A stretch of DNA of 64,000 bases from Ylistrum balloti (taxonomy: Eukaryota), in the NCBI RefSeq assembly GCF_031769215.1, contig NW_026781913.1, forward strand, positions 620,001 through 684,000, written 5' to 3'. Below are positions 51,491-64,000 of this stretch, one piece after another. The stretch's first letter is position 1, and each line of letters opens with the position of its first letter. The position numbers were made by a program, and so were the translations under genes. The notes under the pieces are model-generated. The model saw only the letters and a list, made by a program, of their open reading frames with translations. It was not told the origin of the DNA and did not search any database.

Positions 51491-54400
51491 CGTTTTTAAG
51501 ACAAATCAGTGGTGGTTGAATTTAATTGGGAAAATTGGTCAGTAATCTTTACTTGTAAGAAGGAGAAAAAGAAGAAATTGAATGTTTGATTTCTTCCAGT
51601 TATATAAATAACTGAGTCTGTGCTGATTCAAAAGTTGGATGTATGATTAGCTAGTATGTAATGAAATCCTTGTTGATTGTCTGCACCACTAGATCTTATT
51701 CAAATGTTCATTCATAATTTTTTCTCGTCCTATGGGTAAAGTAGCTAATGTTTCTTCTCAGGTGAATGAAATGATGACATGAACTGTTTGTAATTGTAAC
51801 ACTGGTCGCTAAGAAATGCCTTAGAAAGCAAAATCTGTTGCTTCAAATAAGAACTCTAGCAGAGATAGACACTACGACATTGAATGGAAATCAATGTTGG
51901 CATTGTTGCATATGGAAATTTCTGAATTATGAAAACTTGTCCTCTGTTAGGACTTTCTAGTGTTCTGACTAGATTCATGAGTAAGGGTATCATTTCTAAA
52001 TGCTTAAAGTATTCTCCAAGAAATTGCAAATTCTGGAAAGCAACTTTATTGAGAACCTATATGCAATATGTGAAGATTTACGAGATATACATATCATTTT
52101 CTCAGAAACCAGAATTGTGTAGAATTAAATGTCTTGTCAAGTAACAAATTTCATGGTAGCACAGTAACAAGTAATATCTCTGACCTTGATCTGTAGTATA
52201 TAAATATTTAAAGCAATATTTAAAACACATAATGCAGAAATATAAAGTTTTATCAAGTTTAATAGGTTTATCATTAAATGCCACAATATCCGGTTAATAA
52301 ACATATCTCATACTCCCCACAATATGTTTAATTCTGCTTTCTGATATAAAACAACATTTATATCGGTCACAAAAATTGTAGACATATTCATAATTCATTT
52401 ACATTAAATACAGGTACACAAATCAACCCAATCATTCTTAAAGAAAAAAAAAAATCCTGAAAAGACATTTCATAAATATCAAACAGAAATCAAGCATAAA
52501 ACAGATGCTGAATCAGAATTTCTGTTAACAAATATGGAAGGAATGGAGGATATGAAATTTGGAAATGAGATCAATGTTTCATGACAGAGGAGGACCAAAA
52601 TTGAAAGTTAATTCATATTACCAGTATATATATTGCTCGACTGAAAAGGCTGCAGTAATATTTGAGAAATCCAAAATGAAAATTGGAGAGACAAAGGTGA
52701 TCAGGATAGGTCATAACCTATAGTTTATCTCACAACATATAATTATCTACAATGCATCAAACATAACATCCAACCTAAATACAACAGTTCAATGCATTTC
52801 AAAGAAAGGAATTTTTATCGAGGATGGAATGTTGGGCACCTTTCAAATTCATCTTTTTCCCCAAACAGAAAGTAGCAGTAGTAGATAGATAGAAGAGTTC
52901 AATTTGGTACAACCCAGACAAATTGAACTCCTCAATCTATGTGACAGTCTTTGTTTGTGTGTGTGTAACTATGTGTGAGGTTGTGTGTGAGGTTGTGTGT
53001 TTCCATAGAAAAAAGCTGTGTGTAGGTTGTCTACATATTAAGAGTCAGCATTTAATGATACAATTAGAGTTAACATTTACAGTAACTACTACCTATCATA
53101 TAGGTGATTTTGGACCGATTCATTAACAGTAAAACTTTTTAAAACCATCCTAGGTCACACCATGCTCTGACGGATCCTTAGGTGGAAGTTGTTTAAGAAT
53201 GGTTTTAATAAAATGACACTTACAAAGCTCCTCTAATCATGAATACTGCCAGGATGACAAAACCAATAACACAAGAAAGGAAATGAGTTGAACAACAACA
53301 ACAAATACACAACTATATCTCTTGTTGTTTTGAAGAATATGTGGCATTAGCAAGAAACTCTTCATTCTCTGATAAAAGACCCCATAAATAAACTACAGAT
53401 ACCAGGTGTGTTTGTTAAAATGACCTGTACTTTTTTTTTTAAATGTAGACTTCGCTTCCTATATACTTTATCCTTACATACATACATTTGTATACAAACT
53501 AGAGTCAAAATTCATCTAACGAAAAACCAATCTCTTCTAAAAATGTCAAAATAAATGTACATGGATAATTAACACTTCTTCAATAAAAGCATTTAAAACA
53601 AAATATTTGTTTTAAAACCAAACCTTCAAATAATTATTATTTCAGAAGTCAAATTAGTGTAAGAATTATCTCCCTTGATCAGAATCAATCCTGATTAATG
53701 AGTAACCCATTCCTTCCTACAGGACACTAGTGGATTGACACAATTACAATTTGTCTACAGCTTATTTCTATATGAAGATCAATATAGAAACTTTAAATTA
53801 CCACTATTATCAGCAGAAAATTTCAGGACATTTACCAATGTACTTCTTGAAGATAGTATGCTCCAATAAACACATTTCTCAAAAGACAGAATATACCACT
53901 GACGCCGTGGATGAAATAGAGTATTGTACACTTGTAGTCAGTGTTAAACACTGTATAGAATTACAGTGTACAATGTACTTAGTGTTACCTGTAAGTGGCA
54001 ACCTTAAAAATAGTGTCAGCCTTAAAAGGAGCAAAATAAATATCAGATTGTTCATAGCAAAAACAAATAAAATATAACAAACCATTTAAACTACTGTCAC
54101 ATGAACAGACATTTTGATGACAGTGAGAAGATGTGGAGTGGAAAATTTCGAAGAGCAATTCAAATTGGTGTCCAGATAATCAATCTTAAAGATTGCAACA
54201 GTGACTCGTTTTTCAGATCTGAATAGGTGTTATCAAGAGGCCTTAATCCTCGTCAAATCCATACCTTATCCAACCTTTTGGTGCTGAAAAGCTTTTCAAT
54301 CAAAATGCAATGCATATATAACAATTTTGCAAGCACAATGTATATCAATATAAGCGACAACTTTGGTTTTCTTCAGATCACTGGCACAAAGTACAGGGTT

Positions 54401-57400
54401 TGGAGTGATAGCAACAACAATTATACAAACAAAACACATTTATATTATTTCATTTCTGCATTGGTACTGACCTATGTATAGAAATATGAATTGCTTTAGC
54501 TACTATATTCACCAACATATGGTGATCTAGTGATACAGACTAGTGTACGTAGTACTGTGTGATATAATGAGAATGAAGATATGTTAATCACCAGGATATT
54601 CACAACAAATGCACCAACGAACCTATAAGCAAGGCATATGTAAATGCCACGGGACTAGCTGTAACTTTTGCTGAGACCTATACAATGAAAAAAAAAAAGA
54701 AAGGGAAAAAATGGTGGTGAAAGAGAGTAAAAGTTAACTTCCCATCACATTACATTATGTCTATCACCAAATTAAGAGCTGTCAGATAATCACATACATC
54801 AATGTATATATCACTGAATTTAGAAACATCAAATTATCACTGTATCAATTAACTTAAAGCAACATACCAAATGATGCACTTAAAACATAAAAAGCCTTTT
54901 TCCAAATTTTGGTTTGAATGAAAGCGTTTACTTATACAAGGGAAGTAATCCCCCTTCCTGATATGATGACTATTGATAATTAAACTAAACTGTCACATGG
55001 TAATTACACCCGTAGTAATTGTAGATAAGTTTGTATCCAATTTCTAATAGATTAATATACATACCAATATACTAGCTATAGGTCTTTTGATTTCTTCAGT
55101 ACACCTGAATTTGTATACAACACTGTTACAAAGAAAAGTCAGTGTTATATATTCTGTATGAGGCTCTCATCTCAACTTAAACTTTAAACTTTGCTTCACC
55201 AATCATATATGACAATTGCTTTCATGACGTTGACAGTTTCATGGTTCAGTGGCCAGGTGAACAATAACAAGCATCTAGCACATACATCTCTCAATATAGA
55301 AAAAACACAGCTGTTATATGGTACATAATTTTGCATGGGAAAAACCACTTTTAAAGAAGTATATCATAGCAACATCATTTTCAAAGAAATATATCACATT
55401 TCTCATAAAATCTATAAAATCATTTGAGCAAGTTTATGTTGGAAAATTCTGGCACCAATTAAAAGCACTTAAAATGGAAATCTATCCCAACATTCGCCAA
55501 CAGAATTATTCTATGAATGTAAAGTCAAAACAAGTTAGTAGGATAAGTAATTTTAGAACAACCAATCTAGAAAACTGACTAGCTCTCATCATAACGGCAA
55601 GATTTCAGTGAATTTTAATTGGTTAACTAGATGAGTAGACATGATCAGATGACTTCACCTGATCAGACTGGCTATCATTAAGAGGTCTTTAGTTTGAATC
55701 CCTATTTGGCAATTTGCACTTTCTACGTCTTGTTACACTTGGTTACACTTACAAGCTGTATCATCATTATAGACTTAAATATCAGGCTAATTAAACATTT
55801 GTACCATACAAGTATGGATTAAAGGGACATTTCATTTATGGAAATTCTATATTGATTTAGCTAGACAGATTTACAAACATTAGCCTGACCAGGATTTAGT
55901 CACATTTTATTAGCTAGTTATCAACAGTGTGAAATATTTGTGCGTATTTCTAATATCAAAAAGTAATGATCCAGAAGAAGTGAAATTTGTGATGAGGGTT
56001 ATCAGTTTTCATGGTAACAGAGAAATAACTTAACTAGGGAACTTTCCTAATATATAGAGAAAGTTTTGCGGACTTGAGTGGAATGGTTTTGAAGTTGTAG
56101 CCCTGGAGAGGAAATTTCACACTAATTTTGTGTATTTAGACTATGTATCCATGGTAACAGAAAAAAAAAAAGTGTTATTAATAGCAAAAGGCACAACTAG
56201 GGCACTACCCTAATGTATACGACAGGTTTTGTGAAGTATGAGATGAACGGTTTAAAAGTCAAGATATTTTGATTATGACAATAGCTTTAAAAGTCATTAG
56301 AAAGAATTCTGAACAGGTACAAAACATCTAGAAATTTGCCAACTTGTACAAGATATCCTTTTAAAACTGTTCCTGTAATACAATTATAATACACTAGAGG
56401 TTATCCCTTTACTCTGACTTAAGACAGAATTTATTTATCTACTGTGACCAAACAGCAGTCCTTTTATAATCCCTTGAAAAGAAAAGTGAGCATTTCCTAA
56501 AAAAAAAGAATTGCATAGAATTGTGGTCACATTGATATATACCTCCATTATTTATATACTCTCAGTGCTGTTGGAGCATTTATTATGCATGATTACTGGG
56601 TTTAAATGATAATGACAATACTTGTTTGAAAGACAATGTATAATACAAGTACATGAGTACAACACATTTAGCTACCAATATCTCTAAATATCACCATGTT
56701 TATCCTGCAATTAGCTCACAGGCCAACATATTACTTCGGACACAACAGAAGGGCCTAGGCTTATTACAGGACAATGAAATAATATTTTCAATTCTACAGA
56801 AAAGCAATTTCAGTAGGCTTATTACACAATTCTATTGCCCTATATATACGGTATGTACACCTAAACTATGGAAGAAAATGATCTTGAAAGGCACTGTATG
56901 GAACATATTTCATCATTATGGCATTATATTACAGGTTTTCTACTACTTGAAATATACAATCCCAGAGATCAATAGAATAAGAAGAAAAAGACCTGGACAC
57001 TTTCAAAACACTTTCCCTTTTGCCAATAATAAAATGCAACATTAACCTCCCATTTTATCAAATTGAATGAAACGTAGCTTAACCTTACATTTTGTCAACC
57101 AAATGTAGCTTAATCTTCCTCAAGCATTCCCAATGAAGGTACAAACCCCTCCCCAAATTGGTGAAATACAGAACTTGTTCCCCGATTTTCAAGCAATCTC
57201 CTATATAAATACATTGTTAAGGGTACACTGTAACCCCAATTTCAAAAAGCAAGTGAGAACACTGAACTTTTGCTGATGAAATATGGCTTTAACTTCCCTT
57301 TTATGAGTTAATTTTACTGAAGCTATAAATCATAATTCTCCTATACTATTGAGCATTTGTGCGATTTGTCTATCATTTTAACACTAGTGAATCAATGGAT

Positions 57401-57924
57401 TGATGGATGAAGAAATGGAAAGAGTATGTTTTATTTACTACCTGGTCTGTTTTTACCTCTGTTGAAACAGCACAATGCCTATCCTATAAAGGGTATACAG
57501 TTGACATTATTATGAACACTCATTAACAGTAGGCTACATCTGTTTACGATGATGTCTATCAAATACGGAAAAACTGTTTATAGAGGTAGGTTATTTTGAC
57601 TTGGTGACAATTTGGAGAGTAACATTCACACAAGCTTTTCAGATAACTCATTAAAAGTTATATTGGCTAATATGTATTTACCTGACATATATGTTTACTA
57701 ACACTATTATCTATGTCTACTTTAAAAATAAGTACAGATCTAGATGCAAATCAATGTTAAGATACTAGCACAGTCACACAAGTTTTCAAAGTTGTAAAGT
57801 TTTAGATCAGTATGATAGTTACTGTACTTATAAATCAGACAGATCTTTATTTGTTGACCATTATATAATGTATCATCTACCTTTAGATTTAAAAAATAGG
57901 TTAAGATCTAGATGTAAGTCAATG

Positions 57925-60900
57925 TTAGGATATTAGCAGAGATTTTAAATAGTCTTTTATCCTCGGATCCTTTAAAATCTCCATGTGTTCTGCTCCATCA
58001 AACTGTTTATGGTATACATTTTGTTTTTGTTTCCCTTTCCACTCTGTGCAGGCGTGTAGACTTCGGATATTGACAGTTCCGTCTCCATCGTCAGGAATTA
58101 CTTTAGGCTGGGAATCCGGCCACATGTTTGGGCCAAACTCCAATCTTCCTGGTGTGGAGATATTGTGACCATGTAGACAGTGAACCTCTACACCAGGTGG
58201 GGTGAGATCTCTAATCAATTCTTTTGTATCAAGGTGCATGTCATAGCCATCAGTAAAGTTAAGATCCTGAAAAAACTGTTTGAAGTCTTTCACTGTATAA
58301 TTTCTCTCTGGACGTGTGACCAAGATCTCATCAGCTGTCCAGTAGCGGTCAGATGGCAATAACCACGCTGTGCTAACCATTGACCTTTGTTCTGGTCGTA
58401 CCTTCAGTGCATCCACTACATACACATTCAAGTTGTCACCTAAACAAACACAAATTCAGTACTGCAATCATTCATTAGGATCTATTAAAATATGAAACAA
58501 GTAAATAATTTAACATTCTGAATGTTTCAACTAATTTTCTCTTGTTCTTATACTTTCAAAATATATACACGACAAACTTTCGATGAAAAGACTAGTTTTG
58601 CAACTTGAGAATACTCTAAACCTACATATCTTAGTATTAATCATATTTTAATACTTTCCACACTGAAAAGTATTGGCTAAATTATGATTGAGCTGTATGT
58701 AGTAATTATTGTTGACCTATAAATTTAATCCTTGTGTTAATTTGCCAAAAAGTGATCATACACTTTATACATTTGCTTGCCTCTTATTTCTTAGCCAGTA
58801 CATTCCCAGTATTTCATTCACCTCACCTACCCTTCTGATGTGTGAAATGTGGGAGGGAAAAACCTCTGAAAGCTCATTTTATTCAAACATGATCTATCAT
58901 TGTTACAGTGAACATTTTAAAAACACTTGACTATATATGTATAGACATTTCCAGAATTTTTTAAGTGTCTGACCTGAAGTGAAGAGTCTGAGAGTTTTGA
59001 TGACGCCTGTCCACACACCAGCCAGACTGACAAATGACTTGATGTATTTGTCCTTCCAGGCCTGTGGCATGTGGTTGAGGAAGTAGAGCGTGACTGGATT
59101 CCCCATACTGTGGCCAAGAAGTGTTACAGAAGCATTGTTGTTCATGGTGTAAGTTTCCTCGATCAAAGCTTGAAGCTTCTTGTACATGCCACCCAATTCA
59201 TCTGTTGAAAGAAAACCACAAATCATTTCCATAAAGTTTCTTTCCTTCTGAATACAAGTTGAGATAGCAATGTCATGCACCTTTACTTTCCTCCAAAACA
59301 CCAAAAAGATGTTAATTCGCTACATATTTCTCTATATTTTAGATTTCATTCTTAAGTCGCTTGTGCAAGAACAAACATTCAAATATTAAAGCACTTTGCT
59401 ACAAAAAGTCTCTTTTTTGTATGTCAAATGTACCATTCAATTCATACAATATAAACCAAAAGGCAAGACCCAAACTCTGATCTTTTTTGCGTTAATGGAT
59501 GCACCATTGAACTTTCAAACTTGTTGTGATATGCATGTATAAAAATAATCATTGAAAAAGTAACATGACACATATATATCCTTGAACATACCAAAAGCAT
59601 TTTAATTAGAATACAAAAGAAATTAAAAAAATTTAAAATTTACAAAAATGACACTGTTACAAAAAATACTGACTGGTAAGCTATAACACTAGCTTAATGT
59701 GGTACAACACTCCCTTAATCACAACTAATATTGAAGGTGCCAACTCACTTGGTGCTTTGCGGAAGTCATAAGGTGCTCCCCGAATGGAGACACCTCGCTT
59801 ATATCCCCAGGATTCCAAATACAGAGCAATGTAGTAGAAATAACTTGCTGTGAACAAAATCATCATCATGAAGATTAAATACTTGAACAAGTGCACTGCA
59901 GGGCAAAACATTATACGCCTGTCCCATGATAAAGAAATATATGGTAATGGTAATAATGAATCAACATATTTAGATGGAAAACAATATGTTTAAATGATTG
60001 ATGAGAGATAGATGGAAAACAGAAAAACTGCTTGAATTACTGTCAAAGAATTACAATGATCAAAGCTGTCTGAGGTATCATGATAATAATCCTTCCAATG
60101 AAGTTTGTAGTTGATCCATTGAAAACTGCTTTCAATATGGAGCAAACACTGTTTCTGTATTCAAATAAAGGGTTATAAATTTTGGTCAAAAATTTCAGTT
60201 ATTTAATTTGTCTGAGCTATCATGTTAAGGCACCTTCTTATGAAGTTTGAAAATCACTTGCAATATCACTGGACACTGTTTTGGTAAATGAATAAGGGGC
60301 CAAAACTCAGTAAATTATTATCCAAAAGTTATCATGTACTAAACCTTCCTATGAAGGTATACATATATGCAATATCGTGTGGACACTGTTTTTGTAAATA
60401 AATAAAGAACCATAACTCTGTATTTTTTGTTAAAAAATTGCAGTCATTGACCTTCCTATGAAGTTTGAAGTTGATCTGTTGAAAACTACTTTTTAGAACT
60501 GTTGACTTTGTTTGGGTGTGCTCATCATAACTCATAAAAATAAAATTGGATTATAAATGGTAAAGAATCTGAAAAAACTAGAGTTCTGCTTGCAAGACCC
60601 TCCAATATTTGTCTCACTGTTTTACTGAAAAAAACTTTTTTAAATCTGGAAATATATTAGTTGACATAACCAAATCAGAGTACAAACTGTATATTATTAT
60701 TACAAAAATACACACTAAATTACAGTAATATCTGTATCCATTAAAGAGTAAATGAAAGGAAATGAAGTTATGACAGAATGACAGACAAGGGTAATAATAT
60801 TTGTTCCAAACCATGAAATGGTTTAGGCATAAGAATATTATCCCCAAAACAATACAAAATTATGACTCATCTTTGCATTAGTCAAACTCAACAAGTATGA

Positions 60901-63900
60901 AACATTATCTATAACAAAATTTTAAATAAAATATTTGTAGAATGGACCTGATTTATTTTCCAACTGTTTACAAAAATCGGACGTTACTTGAAATGATGAT
61001 AATTGTCAGCTATCTAGGACAAAATGTCATATTCACTTCATTACAATTCTCTTTCTTAATCAACATAACCACACATTTACCTCTACCACTTATACAGTAT
61101 AAAGAGTGTATACTCTATCTGCTGTCTGTATCATTAGTCCTTCAAATAGATCATTAGAAAATTTGATTCTTTAAAATTCATGCTTGTCTTGATAAACCAA
61201 GATGATTTATTACAACAAATGTGATACTCACTGAACCCAAAGTGAGAGGGGTCCAGCCACTCCACAGTTTCTGTGTCGCCCCAGCCTCGGATCTGTATGT
61301 CTACCCCTGGTGCATTGTGGGTAGTGCGGGTCTTAGGGTCATACACCAACCTATAACCATGTGAACATGAAATCCAAATTGTAACCACCATATGGTTTTC
61401 AACCAATGTTGATAACAAACAAGTAAATACTTCAAACTCTATAACATTTCTGGTTATTTTCGTTTTAATTTTATTAAAATTTCATCCACTGATCAATAAA
61501 ATGTACATCTATGATTCATTCAAGTTCAGCTAAAACGATGCATCAATTAGGTCATCATCATCCCCTTTATTACAAAGTATTATAATTAATTAGACGCTAA
61601 AGTGTCCTTCATCACTTTTTTGCACATTTGGTACTAAGGAAATCCATTCATAGTTCTCAGATTTAATGATTCAAAATCTCTTAATTAGTTTGGTTTGGTT
61701 TGGTTTTTTATTGTACAAATTGGCCTCCAGCCCACAGTACCATTCAATATTACAATATTTGACATCATATCATAGCATATATTTCATATATACAGAGTAG
61801 GATAAACATGTGTTTCCCAAGATGGCATAATTTCCATCGGTAACAAGCTATGTATATATAGTGACATAAGTAAATCGATCATGAACAAGTATATAAGCTA
61901 TGGTAGTAATCAAGTTATTTCAGTCGATGACAACTAAACTGGTCAATAGTGCAACTAGTTAAGTCATAGTGGTCATATAGTCCACAGTTTAATAGATTTA
62001 TGATCATGATTTTCACCTACTACACAGTATATAGGTACCAGGTAGGTAAATCCATTTCTCTGTTATTAAAATCAGTACAACAGTATCTCTTCTGTATATT
62101 ATACACAAGCTGATTACTAGTTTAACCGTTGATACATAGTACCTACATAAATTTCTATACCTTCTAACACAAGTCAAGTAGATAATTTATACTGTAAACA
62201 GTTCAACTTTCCTCCTGATTGAATCTCTTAATTAAATGTGAATTCATGTCAGATACAGTTGTCTATTCGTAAAATAGGCTAATACATCAAGGTATTTTGT
62301 GAGTTTTCGCATTTTCTCAGTGAACTCTTCAATCTTATTTCTAATGGTACCTTAAGTAAATGTATACATTACCTCATATTATCTGTAAAACAGTCAATGA
62401 AATAGGGTGCTAATTCATAAACATCAAGCCACAGATTGAAATATTCAGGGGTCACCTTTTCACAGAAAACATGAGGGACGCTGGTTTTATTCAGCTTAGC
62501 ATAGAACTGACTCCCTCCATCACCAGGCACTGAAAAAAAGTTCATTATATCTTATAATACGTTAAAGTTTAAAATCATACTCTGAAATGTTCAACACTGG
62601 CAATGTTAGCAATGCATGATGGTAAACTGTTGACGATTCTGATTGATCAAGATTAAATAAAACCTGTCATTAACTACAGTTGTAGAAGGTATTGGTAATC
62701 ATTACAAAACTCAAAACAGTTTTATTTTAGGATTGTTGTTACAATATATTTTAACTGCATGTAACTTTTAAGGATGTTCTACCACTCATAATATACACAT
62801 TTTTGTGTCTTTACAATTTTGTATATCATATATTAGGCACTATCATGAAGTATTTGTAATCATAGTTAACACCAGGTTAATATAAAAATACTACATATAT
62901 TTTGCAATGTTAATTAACGAGTACAAGCTAACATTTAGTAGGTTTATTGTTGCTTATGTCCTATTAACTGCCGCTGTCCTTTAAGAATATGGCAGGTTTC
63001 AATGGTAATGGAAAGGTAGAGTTCATGGAGAAGAACCATTGACCTGCCACTAGTACCTGTCCACTGCACCACATGGGCATCAAACCCTTGACACAGAAGT
63101 GGAGAGCTAGTGATAACGATGGTGACACAAATTAACAACTTTGCCACCACAGTAACTCTAAATATAAAGGTTCATCCGACCACATGTATGGGCTATGTAG
63201 TGAACAAATCTGCATGTTTGAGCTATGTAGTGGACACTTTACAGTCTGTATGTTTTGGCTATGAAGTGGACAGCCTGCATGTCTGGGCTATGTAGTGGAC
63301 AGCCTACAAGTTTGGGCTATGTAGTATGTAGTGGACAGCCTGCATGTTTGGGCTATGTAGTGGACAGCCTGCATGTTTGGGCTATGTAGTGGACAGCCTG
63401 CATGTTTGGGCTATGTAGTGATCAGTCAAGATATTAAGTTATTTATATTGCTATCTTAAATTTATTATCAATGAAGTTCATCCTTTACTTATCATATCAC
63501 CAGGCAGTACATGTATAACCTGACAAAGGGAAGTAACTCAAATAGTTAAAAATTGCCTTATCTGTAAAATCCGATTATAAATCTGATAATGGACTAAATT
63601 GATGTATATTGTGTACACCAATTCAATATCACCGTAAACCTTTACTTAACACATGTGTATAACTTATCATAAACAGGCATGACTTTACATACAATGAAGT
63701 GGCGTCAATGTTGTTAACGCAAGTTGCATAAGATTTCAGGATCGTCATCATCAGGATCAGTGACTCGCCTGACATCACGTGCGTACATGTATGTAAACAC
63801 CAATATGTTGACCTTTGCTACTTACTCAAAATCACCGGAGACAGAGGTTTTCCATGATAAGGCTTCTCTAATGAAGACTGGATACATAACAACAAAAAAA

Positions 63901-63928
63901 GTCCAACCAGTAAGTCCTTACCGGACAT
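57925..63928 (-). CDS. PLA2G15: Group XV (lysosomal) phospholipase A2 / LCAT family, ~406 aa, 6 exons
   Basis: Exons 63928-63826 (signal-peptide-like MSGKDLLVGLFLLLCIQSS...SPVIL), 62529-62373 (PGDGGSQ...LWLD...IDCFTDNM), 61350-61232, 59847-59749 (RGAPYDFRKAP), 59201-58974 (GHSMG nucleophile) and 58439-57925 (DGDGTV, EH). GT-AG, phases consistent, 1221 nt. The start may lie further upstream (in-frame ATG at 63973). Confidence 0.93.
59886..60815 (-). mobile_element. HINE-like element in PLA2G15 intron 3
   Basis: AACAAG (reverse complement of the CTTGTT end) at 59886. Repeated internal tatgaagtttg...gttgatc blocks. (acagaatg)n-acagac seed at ~60770-60790. Confidence 0.45.
63185..63420. repeat. 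29-bp tandem repeat (gggctatgtagtggacagcctgcatgttt), ~8 copies, PLA2G15 intron 1
   Basis: Directly visible. Confidence 0.92.
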
Positions 63929-64000
63929 CGTCCGCAACCTGCACAACTCAGAACGAGCAGATCTCGACGCCATAGAAATAAATAGAAATAAGGCGATTAT

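Noticed and set aside
62944-63160. Signal-peptide-like ORF as PLA2G15 exon 1
   Set aside because: It starts at GTG, has no suitable phase-1 donor after a PV-L motif, and is out of frame with the real exon 1 at 63928-63826.

Overview
Eukaryotic, AT-rich, intron-containing genomic DNA. The repeat families suggest an invertebrate, probably a bivalve mollusc (inference). Manual splice reconstruction gives seven intact protein-coding genes, two of which (NOP10, HSBP1) the ORF track does not show: NOP10 (-, 2 exons), two convergent gamma-glutamylcyclotransferase paralogues (GGCT-a +, GGCT-b -, 3 coding exons each), HSBP1 (+, with a U12 AT-AC intron), GPATCH1 (-, 19 coding exons, ~970 aa), SOCS6 (+, single coding exon, ATG 320 bp from the GPATCH1 ATG) and PLA2G15/LPLA2 (-, 6 exons). 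The rest is a degraded CR1/L2-type LINE, an L1/Tx1-type 3' fragment, Helentron-associated (HINE-like) elements, pogo-like ends, tRNA-derived SINEs and many tandem arrays. I see no clearly new multi-gene system. The most notable pattern is tandem duplication landing repeatedly on functional boundaries: a 4x304-bp array carrying a candidate first exon and donor between head-to-head NOP10 and GGCT-a, arrays that copy GPATCH1 exon ends and donors, and a duplicated GGCT-b stop codon. Exon coordinates and orthologue comparisons were done by eye and from memory; no database searches were run.
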